A stretch of 63,103 nt of DNA, filler included, from Acidimicrobiia bacterium (lineage in GTDB: Bacteria > Actinomycetota > Acidimicrobiia > Spongiisociales > JAHEDJ01): assembly GCA_029210695.1 (NCBI GenBank). It is 11 parts of 11 records of this genome, joined end to end, with 100 filler letters (N's around TTAATTAATTAA, not from the genome) between each part and the next. Parts side by side here need not be neighbours in the genome. Positions count along the whole stretch, not along the records: positions 1 to 7,354 come from JARGFH010000100.1; positions 7,455 to 14,756 come from JARGFH010000101.1; 9 more parts are not named here. One strand, 5' to 3'. Shown piece by piece: positions 1 to 10,218 of this stretch. A program made the translations under genes and the position numbers. The notes beneath the pieces are model-generated. The model was given only the letters and a program-made list of their open reading frames with translations, did no database searches and was not told where the DNA came from. Each line of letters opens with the position of its first letter. Position 1 is the stretch's first letter.

Positions 1-94
1 GGGGCCACCACACAGAGTCCCAGACCCCCCACCCATCGTCCAAGAAACCCGCCCCCGATTACCCCCATATCCTCACAACTGCGCTCGACACCAC
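1..94. mobile_element. Possible IS terminus at contig start (IS256-like)
   Basis: C-rich non-coding stretch ending TCACAACTGCGCTCGACACCAC; other contig ends here are IS termini. Confidence 0.3.
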
Positions 95-182
95 GTTCGC
101 CTTGGGCAAACAGCGCCCACCCGGGACAGACGGTTCGCCAGAAAAGCGTCACCTGGCGCCAGACGTGCTCCTAATGCCGCTT

Positions 183-644
183 CTAGAAGTAGTTAGAGAA
201 CTTGAACGGAACGTGTCTGAGTTCCAGCCAATCCCGGAAGGCGGTGCTGTTGTGGAACGGTCCGGTTGTGAAGCTCTCGCGGAGCAGGACGAGTAGCAGA
301 GGCGTGTGGCGGTCGGAGGGTATGGCGGCGAGCAGGCTGCGACCGTATCTGGTCGACGTGGGGGAGTGGTGTCCTCGACCCAGTTGCTCGACGGTCATTT
401 TTCCGATCCGCTGACCGTTCACCCACTCGAGTGCTTCAGCGAGGGTTGGGAAGGATGTCTCCAGCAATCTGGCGAACAGGCGATCGATATTGGCGACTTC
501 GAACGTGAACCAGTATTCGTAGTCGGCTCCACTACTGCCCAACGCCTGCCCTTCGAGCGTGAGACTCCCATCCGGATCGAACATGGCCTCCAGACGTCCC
601 GGGACCCGTTCGGAGAGATTCACCGTTCTGCTTCGCCTACTCAT
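183..644 (-). CDS. Hypothetical protein, paralog of the 739-1440 C-terminal region
   Basis: 153-aa ORF with GGAGGGAAGG RBS; motifs RLEAMFDPDGSL and LLLVLLRESF resemble the neighbour. Confidence 0.65.
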   Translation of the reverse strand: MSRRSRTVNLSERVPGRLEAMFDPDGSLTLEGQALGSSGADYEYWFTFEVANIDRLFARLLETSFPTLAEALEWVNGQRIGKMTVEQLGRGHHSPTSTRYGRSLLAAIPSDRHTPLLLVLLRESFTTGPFHNSTAFRDWLELRHVPFKFSNYF

Positions 645-738
645 GCCTTCCCTCCAGACGCCTAGATGGCTTCGAGTCCGACTCCGCTTTCGCCGAGAAT
701 CTGAGCGATCCGCCCGCCGTGCTCAGACCGATGCCCGG

Positions 739-1440
739 TCACGCCTCACCGTTCAGCTCGAACCGTACCGGCATCCCGTGGTATTCGAGCAGCGATTGCA
801 GCCGGGCTTCGGTGGCGATGGCCCCTGAGGCGAACCCTTCCCGCAGTAGCAGCAACACCAGTTTGGGATGTTCTGCATCCGGCAACTCCAAAGCCGTTTC
901 CGGCATCGGCATCCCGTGTGTCTCGCCGTGGTACGGCCGCCGGTAGAGCGTGTAGGCGACCCGGTGGCGGTCCATCCAGTCCAATGCATCACCGAGGTCC
1001 GGCATCAGTTCCTCGATCAGAGCGGTGGCGACGACCTCCACGAATGGGCGTTCCACCGACAACCGGAACCGCACCGTCTGTTCACCCAGCAAGGCGGCCA
1101 CGTCGTCGCCCGTGTTCTCCCCGGACACGACCAGGTCGCCGAACGGGTCCACACTGGCCACCAGCCGGCTACGGACCGGTCCGTCCGAATCCCGCAACGT
1201 CATGCTCTGCACCGCCGGACCCGACTGAAGCCGCCGGAAACGTCCGTCCGGCCACACCCCTGCCTCACACTCGGCACACCCCAACGGTGGGTCGTCCAAC
1301 CCGATGACGCAGCCTCCCAGCGAGACGTCACCGACCTCCGAGGCCGCCCACAACTCCGGTCCCGGCAGCCCGTACACCCGCTCCACCACCCGGTCGGCCC
1401 CACAGCCCGGGCACTCCGTCACCTCGCTCCGTCCACTCAT
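739..1440 (-). CDS. Hypothetical protein with N-terminal Cys-rich (Zn-ribbon-like) module
   Basis: CPGCG...VYGLP...GGC...CAEC; GGAGG RBS before GTG/ATG; C-terminal part resembles 183-644. Confidence 0.65.
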   Translation of the reverse strand: MSGRSEVTECPGCGADRVVERVYGLPGPELWAASEVGDVSLGGCVIGLDDPPLGCAECEAGVWPDGRFRRLQSGPAVQSMTLRDSDGPVRSRLVASVDPFGDLVVSGENTGDDVAALLGEQTVRFRLSVERPFVEVVATALIEELMPDLGDALDWMDRHRVAYTLYRRPYHGETHGMPMPETALELPDAEHPKLVLLLLREGFASGAIATEARLQSLLEYHGMPVRFELNGEA

Positions 1441-1628
1441 CGCAGTCCTCCACACGTCGTCGGACCGGTCAACACCTTCGGTGCCCCCGGTTGATCGATC
1501 CGATTCCCACTCACTCCTTCAAGGTAAGAGATGGGTGTGACATTTCTCGGAAGCCGACCAGCTGGCCCGGCCATCTGAGCGCGGCGCGGAACGCAATGTG
1601 ACCGGGTGGGATGCCTATGCTCGACCCT

Positions 1629-2303
1629 GTGATGCCGGGAGATGAAGCGGTGGGGGTCGACGGCTGGAGGGGCGGCTGGGTTGCCGTCGTGCTCCGATCG
1701 GGGGCTTTCCACAGAGCCTTTGCCGCCTCCACCATGTCCGAGGTGATTGCTTCCACTCCTGATGCCATGGTGGGTGTTGATATACCCATTGGGTTTCCTA
1801 CTCATGGTCGACGGTCCGCGGACGTCGCCGCACGCGAGCTGCTGGGCCGTCGAAGGTCGAGCGTGTTTCTGGTCCCGCCTCGCGCGGTTGTCGAGGCCGC
1901 CACCTACAAGGAAGCTCGAGAAACGGCCCTACGGGTATGGGACCAAGGGGTATCGGCCCAGTCCTACGCCCTCCGAGACAAGATGCTCGAAGTGAACGAA
2001 CTCAAGCAGCTCGGCACGGAATTATTCGAGGTGCATCCGGAGGTGTCCTTTCGGATCATGGCCGGCAGCCCCCTGGCCCATGGCAAGAAAACCTGGAACG
2101 GTCAGCACGAGAGGCGGGCACTTCTGGAGTCAGAAGGCATCACCATCCCGGACAACCTCGAGGGTCAGGCCGGGGAGGTGCCGGCCGATGATCTCCTCGA
2201 TGCTGCGGCGGTGGCCTGGACGGCACACCGCTATCTCAAGGGCATCGCAGGCTCTCTCCCAGAGGGAGGCAAACGGGGCGACGACTCGACCATCTGGTTC
2301 TAA
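1629..2303 (+). CDS. DUF429 family protein (predicted RNase H-fold nuclease)
   Basis: AVGVDG..GGW, VGVDIPIG, EVHPEVSF, DDLLDA motifs; TATGCT 7 nt before GTG suggests leaderless start. Confidence 0.85.
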   Translation: MMPGDEAVGVDGWRGGWVAVVLRSGAFHRAFAASTMSEVIASTPDAMVGVDIPIGFPTHGRRSADVAARELLGRRRSSVFLVPPRAVVEAATYKEARETALRVWDQGVSAQSYALRDKMLEVNELKQLGTELFEVHPEVSFRIMAGSPLAHGKKTWNGQHERRALLESEGITIPDNLEGQAGEVPADDLLDAAAVAWTAHRYLKGIAGSLPEGGKRGDDSTIWF

Positions 2304-2543
2304 TGCCAACCGATTCCACCGTCCCTGTTGACCGCCACCCCGGGTGCGAGGTTGGGGTCGGACGTGGAGTCGAAGATCGAGCTAAAGATCCAGTTTGAGA
2401 GCGAGGCGCACGACCGCCCACATAGCCAACAGATCATGGCAGTTGTGGTCGAGAATGGTCTGCCAACGACTGATCGCTCCAGGTGTCACGCCGCTCCGCA
2501 CGGAAAGCGTCACTCAGACGGATCGAATCCGTGCTGAGCAGGG

Positions 2544-3353
2544 CTACGTGTGCGCCGCCGGGCGGAAGTGTTGATCGAGGCGTTCGGCGAGTTGGCCTCG
2601 CGCGGGCCGGGCAAGGGGGCCGTCGACCTCGAGCGCTTTGCCCAGCGATTTGGGCCAGTGCACGGCGACACCGCCAATGGTGAACGGAGCGCTGAACAGC
2701 GACCAGTCACCATCAACGAAACACAATGCGCCGCGCACCGGCGTCTCATCGGGGACCAAGCGTCGGACCACTTCGACCTGTCCCTGGACGCCTCCGATGA
2801 GCTTGGTGCGGTCCCGGGTTCCCACGAAGAGTCGACTGGACCCAAGCCCGAAGGGTCCATCGCTACGTCGTTCGATCCGCCCCTTGTAGCGCTTGGCGTC
2901 TACCACCCATACGCCGGTCGGGGCCACGACCAGATGGTCGATGTTCGCTTTGGTCCCGGGTATGAGTCGATCGTGGAGCACCCAGACGTTGGACAGCCGG
3001 TCGAGCCGGGCACCGAGCGAGCGTTCGCCTTTGGCCCCCTTCGACCAGGCCTCCACCGATTGGTCACTGGCGGTCGCCAGGAGCATGCCCCCGATGATCG
3101 GATGTTGCTCTCTGACCTGCCGCTCGAAGTTGGAATGCCGTCGCTCGTACATTCGCTGAGCCGATGTGCCGGCTTCACTCTCTGAGATGTTGGGCCCGGC
3201 GAACGGGTCGGCCGGCGGACTGCCGTTGCGGCAGGTATCGCAGGTGATCGTCCTGGTCGAGTCATCCCAGGCCGCCTGTGTTCCTTTGGCGAGGGCACGA
3301 CCGCAAGCTACGCATTTGCCGGAATAGCGAAGACGAAGGACCTTGACGCTCAC
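2544..3353 (-). CDS. NERD (nuclease-related domain) protein with N-terminal Zn ribbon
   Basis: CVACG..CDTC; GAKGE, VLHD, NIDHLVVAPTGVWVVDAKRYKG. Confidence 0.85.
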   Translation of the reverse strand: MSVKVLRLRYSGKCVACGRALAKGTQAAWDDSTRTITCDTCRNGSPPADPFAGPNISESEAGTSAQRMYERRHSNFERQVREQHPIIGGMLLATASDQSVEAWSKGAKGERSLGARLDRLSNVWVLHDRLIPGTKANIDHLVVAPTGVWVVDAKRYKGRIERRSDGPFGLGSSRLFVGTRDRTKLIGGVQGQVEVVRRLVPDETPVRGALCFVDGDWSLFSAPFTIGGVAVHWPKSLGKALEVDGPLARPARGQLAERLDQHFRPAAHT

Positions 3354-3771
3354 TCGCTCGTTATCGGCCGGGCCGGCGACGACTTGATGACCTGCGGTTT
3401 AAGCAGAGTGCCGCCGCGACAGTGCCGCTCCCAAAGAAACCTCGGTGCGAAGACCACGTCGGGAACCATTCCGACCTGCCACCTTGTTAGCTGCAAATCC
3501 TCTCCAAGAGATCGTAAGTCACCCCGTTTTGACCGTTCGTCTCAAGCCCACCAGACCGACCTGCACCCCATTGAGCACGACGCCCTAGGTCGCTGAGCAG
3601 CGGCCCCCATCACTCTCCTTACGAAGGTCCGATATGGATCAGCGGGGTCGTCCTGGGAAATTCGCCTGTGCTGACAGGACCATCAGAGCGACTGCAAACT
3701 GTTACAGCGTCACGCAACGTCCTCGATGACCGCTTCAGGCATCTGTCGGCAATTGGTGCCATCATCTCTAC

Positions 3772-4515
3772 ATGGCTTGGAGACCAGGAGTCTCAGAGAA
3801 ACTCGACTACTACGTCTACCTGCTGGCCGATCCGAGGGACGATCGGATCTTCTATGTGGGCAAGGGGAAAGAAGATCGTTGTTTCTCCCACATCTCAGAA
3901 GCCCGAAGGACCACCAAAGACTCGATGGGCGATTACGAAAAGCTGGCAACGATCCGGGAGATCGAGGGTTCCGGGCACGACGTAAGGATCGAGGTCCTGC
4001 GACACGGATTGATGGAGGCCGAGGCGTTTCATGTGGAGGCTGCTGCCATGGATCTACTCGGAATCTCGAATCTGGCCATCCTAAAGGCCGGCCACGGCAC
4101 CGAGGCGTATGGGCGGATGAGCGTCGATGACGTCAACGCCCTGTACTGTGCCAGACCCGTCGAGTTCGATCCCGACCACCGGGTGATCCTGATCCGCTCA
4201 CGCCGGTTCACGCACGGGATGAAGCACGAGGACATGTACAAAACGACGAGGATGTGGTGGAGGCTGGGGTCCAGGAGAGAAGGTGCCGAATACGCCATGG
4301 CTGTCTACGGCGGGGTGGTCAGAGCGGTCTACAAGATCGAAGAATGGATCAAACCCACAGAGGCTGATATCGCCAAAGTGCCTACCCGAGATGGGCGATA
4401 CGGATTCGTCGGACACAGAGACACCGAGATGGAAAAGCGATACATCTTCGCCGACGTAACTGAATATGTACCCGAGCGAGGAGGCAGGAACCCGATCAGG
4501 TACGTCAACTGCTAA
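3772..4515 (+). CDS. LEM-3-like GIY-YIG domain protein
   Basis: YYVYLLADPR..IFYVGKG..R..H, EAFHVEAA, C-terminal NPIRYVN. Confidence 0.85.
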   Translation: MAWRPGVSEKLDYYVYLLADPRDDRIFYVGKGKEDRCFSHISEARRTTKDSMGDYEKLATIREIEGSGHDVRIEVLRHGLMEAEAFHVEAAAMDLLGISNLAILKAGHGTEAYGRMSVDDVNALYCARPVEFDPDHRVILIRSRRFTHGMKHEDMYKTTRMWWRLGSRREGAEYAMAVYGGVVRAVYKIEEWIKPTEADIAKVPTRDGRYGFVGHRDTEMEKRYIFADVTEYVPERGGRNPIRYVNC

Positions 4516-4856
4516 CAACAGTTGTCGCCTGATCGGCTAGCCACTCAATGTCGGATTCGAAAACGGAGAACTCCGAATCCGCAAACGGGCCAACGTCCGA
4601 GTACCAAATTACAGTGGAAACACCTGGCCCGTCTTCGGCTGCGAGAAAGCCACCGCTTATTGGGTTCCAGACGCCCGTCGTCATTGGTTGGAGCTGGTGA
4701 ACTGGCCGTCTCGATAGACGTGCGGCAAGCCTCAGCGATCAAGTCGCTAGTCATCCGCGCCGGAATCGATTTCTGAGACCCGAACCGTTCTCACATTCGT
4801 TCTCCGCTTCCCTGGCCCCTGAAAGGCACGTCAACGAGCCGGTCCACTGCCCTGGA

Positions 4857-4895
4857 TCCGGGTGGTGGCGGGCCCCCCTCCCGCCACGACCCGGA
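4857..4895 (-). terminator. GC-rich hairpin downstream of the vWA gene
   Basis: TCCGGGTGGTGGCGGG...CCCGCCACGACCCGGA inverted repeat just past the stop codon. Confidence 0.5.
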
Positions 4896-4902
4896 GAGCT
4901 GC

Positions 4903-5583
4903 TCAGCCGTTGGAGGGTTCGTCCGACTTGTCCTCCTCGAAGAACTCCTCGCTGCTCGCCAGACGCTGCTGTCGGGTTCGAGAGCGGTGGGCCGAGGTCG
5001 ACTTCGACAGGTCCTGGAACATCTGCTTGGTGCCGGCCTTGGTCTGCGCCCAGCTCTTGAGGTTGCCCTGCGATATCGACATCGCTTCGCCGGCCTCGTA
5101 GACGTCCTGGTTGGCGCCGAGAAAGACGAACACCCAGCCCCGCTGCTTGCGTTCCTCGATCATGTCGAACACCGTCTTCCGGGTCTGTTCCCGGCTGGCG
5201 TTCTCGTAGCCGTCGGTGATGATCACCACTACCTGGTCCTCGCGGTCGAGTTCGAGGTCGTGACGGCGGGCGATGCCGGCGTCGATCCGTCCGACCATCC
5301 GCCCGACCGCGTCGTACAGCGGCGTCATCCCCCGCGGCTGGAAGGCGGCCCGTTCGAGGTCGGTGACCTCCCGCAAGGGGACGTCATCGATCAGGACTTC
5401 GAACGGGCCGTCTGAGTCGAACTGGGCGAGGGTGACGGTCACAGCTCCTTCCTGTTTCCGTTGTTCGGAGAGCCATTGATTGAAACCTCCGACGACGTCG
5501 TCGGCGATGTCACTCATTGAGCCGGATCGGTCGAGCACGACCGAGATGTGGATCGGCGCCGGGGTGTTGGTGTTGTCTTTCAT
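4903..5583 (-). CDS. vWA domain protein
   Basis: MIDAS DRSGS, TPLYDA, IITDGYEN, FLGAN. Confidence 0.9.
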   Translation of the reverse strand: MKDNTNTPAPIHISVVLDRSGSMSDIADDVVGGFNQWLSEQRKQEGAVTVTLAQFDSDGPFEVLIDDVPLREVTDLERAAFQPRGMTPLYDAVGRMVGRIDAGIARRHDLELDREDQVVVIITDGYENASREQTRKTVFDMIEERKQRGWVFVFLGANQDVYEAGEAMSISQGNLKSWAQTKAGTKQMFQDLSKSTSAHRSRTRQQRLASSEEFFEEDKSDEPSNG

Positions 5584-5632
5584 GATTGGTTTCCTTCCTG
5601 TGGTGCGGGGTGAGCCGCCCGTTCGGTTCTGG

Positions 5633-6628
5633 TTATGCGGTCTCTTTCAGTTCGGTGGTGCCGCGCAGTACCTCCTCTCTTCGTGGGGTTGAGTCGATTG
5701 GTGACGGAGCCGGCAGCTCTGCGGCGCCGGCGTGATCGGCCAACCGGGCGGCCTGCGGAGCGACCCGAGCAGTCCACGAGCCGACCGAGCTGTTATAGGC
5801 CTCGACGGCTCCACCCAGCCGTTTGCCGACCGTTTCGAAATGCCCCATGAAGGTGGTGAGCCTTTGCTGGAGTTGGCGAGCGTCGTCGACGATGGCCCGA
5901 GCGGTCACCACCGTCCGCTGCTCGATCATCACGTGGGCGGCGGCACCCAGCAGCGCCATCAGCGTGGTCGGCCCGGCCAGCAACACCCGCATGGCGAGCA
6001 GCCGTTCGAACAGGTCGGGGTTGGCCTGCATGGCCGCCACGTAGATGCCTTCGTGGGGCAGGTACATGACGACGAACCCTCCGGCCGCCTGGTCGTGGTA
6101 GCCGCGACTCTTGAGCCCCTTCGCCTCTTTCTCGATGTCGGACCCATGCGCCTTGAGCACACGGTTGCGTTCGGCCTCGTCTTCGATGTCGAGCGCCTCA
6201 CTGAACCGGGCCAGGGGGAACTTGGAATCGATGACGAGCTTGCGATCACCCGGCAACATCACCACCGCGTCGGGACTCTTGCCGTTGGCGGCCGCATGCT
6301 GCATCTCGAAGTCGCGTCCTTCGACCAGGCCGGATTGCTCGAACACACGTTGCAGGGTGAGCTCACCCCACCCGCCTCGCACCCGGTCGGAGATGAACGC
6401 CTTGGCGACTCCGGTGATCTTCTCGTCGAGCGAGCGCACCCGCTCACCAACCTCGCCCTGGAGTCGGGCCATGGCCGTTTCGACGGCGGCGGCCAGATCA
6501 CTTGTCGCCGCTCCGTCTGGTGCTCGGCGCCGTGTGATCCAAATCATGACCAGTGAGGTCAGAAGGGCGGTGGCAACCACTGCCCCGGAAATGGTGATGA
6601 TGAGTGTGTTGGTCATGCTGTCCTCCAT
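5633..6628 (-). CDS. rmuC: DNA recombination protein RmuC family
   Basis: N-terminal TM, RGGWGE, PD..V.LP..IDSKFPL, FVVMYLPHE, GPTTL. Confidence 0.85.
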   Translation of the reverse strand: MEDSMTNTLIITISGAVVATALLTSLVMIWITRRRAPDGAATSDLAAAVETAMARLQGEVGERVRSLDEKITGVAKAFISDRVRGGWGELTLQRVFEQSGLVEGRDFEMQHAAANGKSPDAVVMLPGDRKLVIDSKFPLARFSEALDIEDEAERNRVLKAHGSDIEKEAKGLKSRGYHDQAAGGFVVMYLPHEGIYVAAMQANPDLFERLLAMRVLLAGPTTLMALLGAAAHVMIEQRTVVTARAIVDDARQLQQRLTTFMGHFETVGKRLGGAVEAYNSSVGSWTARVAPQAARLADHAGAAELPAPSPIDSTPRREEVLRGTTELKETA

Positions 6629-6678
6629 TTGGTTCTCCTTTGTTCACTATGAGTGGTGGGTGTGACAGATTCAGCCGC

Positions 6679-7155
6679 TCATGCGGCCAGCAGTTCGGCC
6701 GGAAGTTGCGATCGCCGCAACACCGGATCGTGCGTGTCGGCGGCCGTGTCGATGAAGACGACACCCGACGGAACCTGCTCCCGGGGAGGATTCCCGTAGA
6801 AATCCTCGATCCAGTAGACCGGCCGACCCTGGTCGAGTGCCTCTGCAATCAGCCTGCTGGCTGCGGCCGCCTTCCATCCCGTGTTCCGCACCCTGGTGCC
6901 GTCGTCGACGACCGGGAGGGTCCCGATACCGAGGTGGGCGGCTATCTCACCGTTGGCGCGCTGGCGCCAGGTCGTGCACCACCACACTTCGGCGTTACCC
7001 GTGATCTCCCGGATCAATCCGGGCATGTAGGCGGGGATGTGAACGGCGTAGCCGTTGGAGCGGATCACCTCTATCTCATGGGACCGGCCGACCCCGCAGA
7101 GGGCCCCCAGGTCGTTGATGACTCCGTCTACATCGAGCAATACGAGCGGTTGCAT
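6679..7155 (-). CDS. HAD-domain protein (Swiss-army-knife RNA repair-like HAD)
   Basis: LLDVDGVIN, WCTTW, WIED motifs. Confidence 0.75.
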   Translation of the reverse strand: MQPLVLLDVDGVINDLGALCGVGRSHEIEVIRSNGYAVHIPAYMPGLIREITGNAEVWWCTTWRQRANGEIAAHLGIGTLPVVDDGTRVRNTGWKAAAASRLIAEALDQGRPVYWIEDFYGNPPREQVPSGVVFIDTAADTHDPVLRRSQLPAELLAA

Positions 7156-7278
7156 TTCTTGTTCCTTTCTTGGTTCCTCGTAGGTCCTTCACTAGTACTG
7201 CCGACGGGCGGACTGCCTTTTCCCGCGATTTCTCAGGTTTTTCGGCCGAGGGCTGGTAGAAAGCTGGCCATGAGGTCC

Positions 7279-7354
7279 TGACGCCGCTCGCTGAAATTCC
7301 CCAGGGTTGCTCATCGAAATTCCTCACCTTGGGTTGGGTTTGGATGCTAGTTGT
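7279..7354 (-). mobile_element. IS21-family element type A, end 2
   Basis: TGACGCCGCTCGCTGAAATTCCCCA with an internal GAAATTCC repeat; reverse complement of 60194-60269. Confidence 0.75.
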
Positions 7355-7606
7355 NNNNNNNNNNNNNNNNNNNNNNNNNNNNNNNNNNNNNNNNNNNNTT
7401 AATTAATTAANNNNNNNNNNNNNNNNNNNNNNNNNNNNNNNNNNNNNNNNNNNNGGCAGTGCTCACCGGCCAGCAGGCTCAGCCACAAGACTCCCACAAC
7501 CGCAGAAGCCCCGTAGACCCCCATTAGGCGTGAAGCATTTGAATCAGTCATATCTTTCTAGTTAGTGTCTGCCTGTGTGTCGACACGCGGATCATGAAAG
7601 GCCATC

Positions 7607-8413
7607 GTGAGTTCAGTTCAATATGCAGAGAAGTACCCGACACTTGCCTTTGACTGGCCGCACGACGGAGTTATGCGCATTGTCCTGAACGGGACGGGTC
7701 TCAACGCAGTCGGTCCGCAAATGCACACGGAATTGGCGGATGTGTGGCTCGACATCGACCGCGACCCGGCAGTTCGCGTTGCCCTTATCGAGGGAGCCGG
7801 TCGCGGCTTCTCGGCCGGGGGCAGCTTTGAGCTGCTCGATGAGCTAATCAACGATCGAGCGGCTCGAGAGCGGGTTATGCGCGAAGCCCGCGACTTGGTA
7901 TACAACGTTATCAACTGCTCGAAGCCCATAATTTCGGCAATCCACGGACCGGCAGTTGGGGCCGGACTCGTGGTTGCACTCCTGGCGGATGTATCGGTCG
8001 CGGCGCGAGATGCCAAGATCATTGACGGGCACACCAAGCTTGGTGTCGCGGCAGGGGATCAGGCTGCCATCTGCTGGCCCTTGCTGTGCGGAATGGCGAA
8101 GGCCAAGTACTACCTTCTCACCTGCGAGGTTCTCACCGGAGAGGAGGCTGAACGGATCGGATTGGTGTCCGTCTGCGTCGACACCGACGAGGTCCACGGT
8201 CGCGCGCTCGAGATCGCTGATTCTCTTGCGCAAGGTGCACAGAGTGCAATTCGGTGGACCAAGTACTCACTGAACAACTGGTACAGGGTCATGGGGCCAA
8301 GCTTTGATGCCTCTCTTGCTCTCGAGTTCTTCGGTTTTGGCGGTCCGGACGTGGCCGAGGGTCTGGCCGCGCATCGTGAGAAAAGGCCGGCGCGGTTCGT
8401 CGAGCCATCGTGA
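7607..8413 (+). CDS. Enoyl-CoA hydratase/isomerase family protein
   Basis: [25 protein letters not shown]. Confidence 0.92.
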   Translation: MSSVQYAEKYPTLAFDWPHDGVMRIVLNGTGLNAVGPQMHTELADVWLDIDRDPAVRVALIEGAGRGFSAGGSFELLDELINDRAARERVMREARDLVYNVINCSKPIISAIHGPAVGAGLVVALLADVSVAARDAKIIDGHTKLGVAAGDQAAICWPLLCGMAKAKYYLLTCEVLTGEEAERIGLVSVCVDTDEVHGRALEIADSLAQGAQSAIRWTKYSLNNWYRVMGPSFDASLALEFFGFGGPDVAEGLAAHREKRPARFVEPS

Positions 8414-8449
8414 ATTGGTCGGCGATGTTGTCGATTCGAAATCGCCGAT

Positions 8450-9667
8450 GTGCTCCTTGAAGAGAGGTCGGAGATAGTGCAGACTCCACAAACCCGAGAT
8501 CCATTACTCCCGAGGTCCGTCGACGAGGATATCGCCGGGACTGTCGCACTCGTGCGCGAAACTGCTCGATCGTTCTGTGATGATCGTGTTCGCCCTGAAG
8601 CACGCCAGCGAGATCGTATGGAGGAGTTTCCGGCGGACCTGATCGCACCCATGGCGGACCTGGGTTTCTTCGGAGCCTTGATTCCATCCAGCTACGGGGG
8701 CACAGATTTGGATCCGTGGTCCTATGTGGCGCTGATGGAGGAGCTTGGGGCGGCGGACGCGTCCGTGCGTTCGCTGGTATCGGTTTCGGGAGGTTTGGTG
8801 GGAATGAGCATCCTCCGGTGGGGGACCGAGGATCAGAAGGAGCACTGGCTACCGCGGATCGTCGCCGGCGAACTTGGTGCCTTCGGCCTCACCGAGGCGG
8901 GCGCGGGGAGCAACCCGAGTGAGCTGGCAACCCGTGCGGTCGCCGTCGAAGGAGGGTGGAGGATCACGGGTTCGAAGATGTTCATTACCAACGGGAGTCG
9001 GGGGGCGCTGACGATGGTCTTTGCCCGTGCCCACCGTGACGGTGAGGACCTTGGCATCACCTGCTTTCTCGTTCCGCAAAACGCACCCGGTTACTCCGCC
9101 CCACCGATCCACGGCAAGCTCGGTATGCGCGGGAGCGACACCGCCGAGGTGGTGCTCGATGAGGTCTTGGTTGGCGATACCGCCGTCCTAGGAACTTTGG
9201 GCGGTGGATTGAAGGTCGCCTTCACTGCCCTGGATCATGGGCGGTTTTCGCTGGCGGCCTCCTGCTTGGGCCTGGCGCGCGAGGCTCTTGAATGCGCACT
9301 GTCCTACGCGCTGGAACGACAGCAATGGGGAGGGAGCATAGCCTCCAAGCAGCTTGTCCAGGAACTGCTGGCGGATATGCATGTGGACATCGCGGCTGCG
9401 CGCGGACTGGTATCCCAGGTAGCCGAATTGAAGGCACGCGGCGAGCGCTTCACCGTTGCCGCGTCGACCGCAAAGCTATTCGTCACCGAAGCTGCCATCC
9501 GGTGCGCAGATCGCGCCGTTCAGATTCACGGTGGTTATGGGTACATCGACGAGTACCCGGTTCAGCGGCTTCTGCGCGACGCCCGAGTGACCACCCTATA
9601 CGAGGGAACCAGTCAGGTTCAGCGCCTCGCTATAGGTCGTGCCCTTACCGGTATATCCGCCTTCTGA
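8450..9667 (+). CDS. Acyl-CoA dehydrogenase
   Basis: FGLTEAGAGS, GSKMFITNG, QIHGGYGY, YEGTSQVQ; start uncertain. Confidence 0.92.
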   Translation: MLLEERSEIVQTPQTRDPLLPRSVDEDIAGTVALVRETARSFCDDRVRPEARQRDRMEEFPADLIAPMADLGFFGALIPSSYGGTDLDPWSYVALMEELGAADASVRSLVSVSGGLVGMSILRWGTEDQKEHWLPRIVAGELGAFGLTEAGAGSNPSELATRAVAVEGGWRITGSKMFITNGSRGALTMVFARAHRDGEDLGITCFLVPQNAPGYSAPPIHGKLGMRGSDTAEVVLDEVLVGDTAVLGTLGGGLKVAFTALDHGRFSLAASCLGLAREALECALSYALERQQWGGSIASKQLVQELLADMHVDIAAARGLVSQVAELKARGERFTVAASTAKLFVTEAAIRCADRAVQIHGGYGYIDEYPVQRLLRDARVTTLYEGTSQVQRLAIGRALTGISAF

Positions 9668-9678
9668 CGATCGCGAGC

Positions 9679-10176
9679 CTAGGAGGAGGTGTCCGTTGAG
9701 GTGTTGCGACCACGGATGATTCGGACCGGTGTGTAGACGAGCACCTCCTCATTCCGCTGATTGATGACGACGTTGCGAGACGTGACCACGCCGCGATTCC
9801 CCGACGTTGGGCGTGATTCCGTTATCTCCGAGAAACAATGGATCGTGTCACCCACGTACACGGGCCCGAGCGCATCGAGTTCCATATGAACGAAAGCGAG
9901 GCCGGTTCCATTGAGGAAGTTTGTTTGCATTACCAGGCCTTCGGCAAGGCAGAACGTGAGCGCACCGGGTATGAGGCGGCCCTCGTACCCAGCGTCGGCC
10001 GCGTGCTGTTGGTCGGTAAACAGAGGTTCTGTGAACCCAACCTGTGTGACGAAATTGATGAGGTCGGTCTCGGTAACCGTCCGACTGGCCGTGCGTAGCT
10101 TGGATCCGACCGTCATCTCCTCCCACGTGAGTCCTGAGGGGGAAATCACTTCAGGCGAATCATCCATCTGTTTCAT
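9679..10176 (-). CDS. MaoC/PaaZ-type dehydratase
   Basis: RTVTETD, PLF.D, PVYVGDTI hot-dog fold motifs. Confidence 0.85.
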   Translation of the reverse strand: MKQMDDSPEVISPSGLTWEEMTVGSKLRTASRTVTETDLINFVTQVGFTEPLFTDQQHAADAGYEGRLIPGALTFCLAEGLVMQTNFLNGTGLAFVHMELDALGPVYVGDTIHCFSEITESRPTSGNRGVVTSRNVVINQRNEEVLVYTPVRIIRGRNTSTDTSS

Positions 10177-10218
10177 GCGGTGCTTGCTCCATCTTGCTGA
10201 GGTCGTCGTCGACCCGGT

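Noticed and set aside
7355..7454. Recurrent N-run with TTAATTAATTAA (ten times)
   Set aside because: Artificial contig linker with stops in all frames. Neighbouring contigs cannot be assumed adjacent, so no cross-gap operons were inferred.
7455..7522. Possible IS end at the start of contig 2
   Set aside because: Single occurrence with no recognisable transposase tail; the family cannot be supported.
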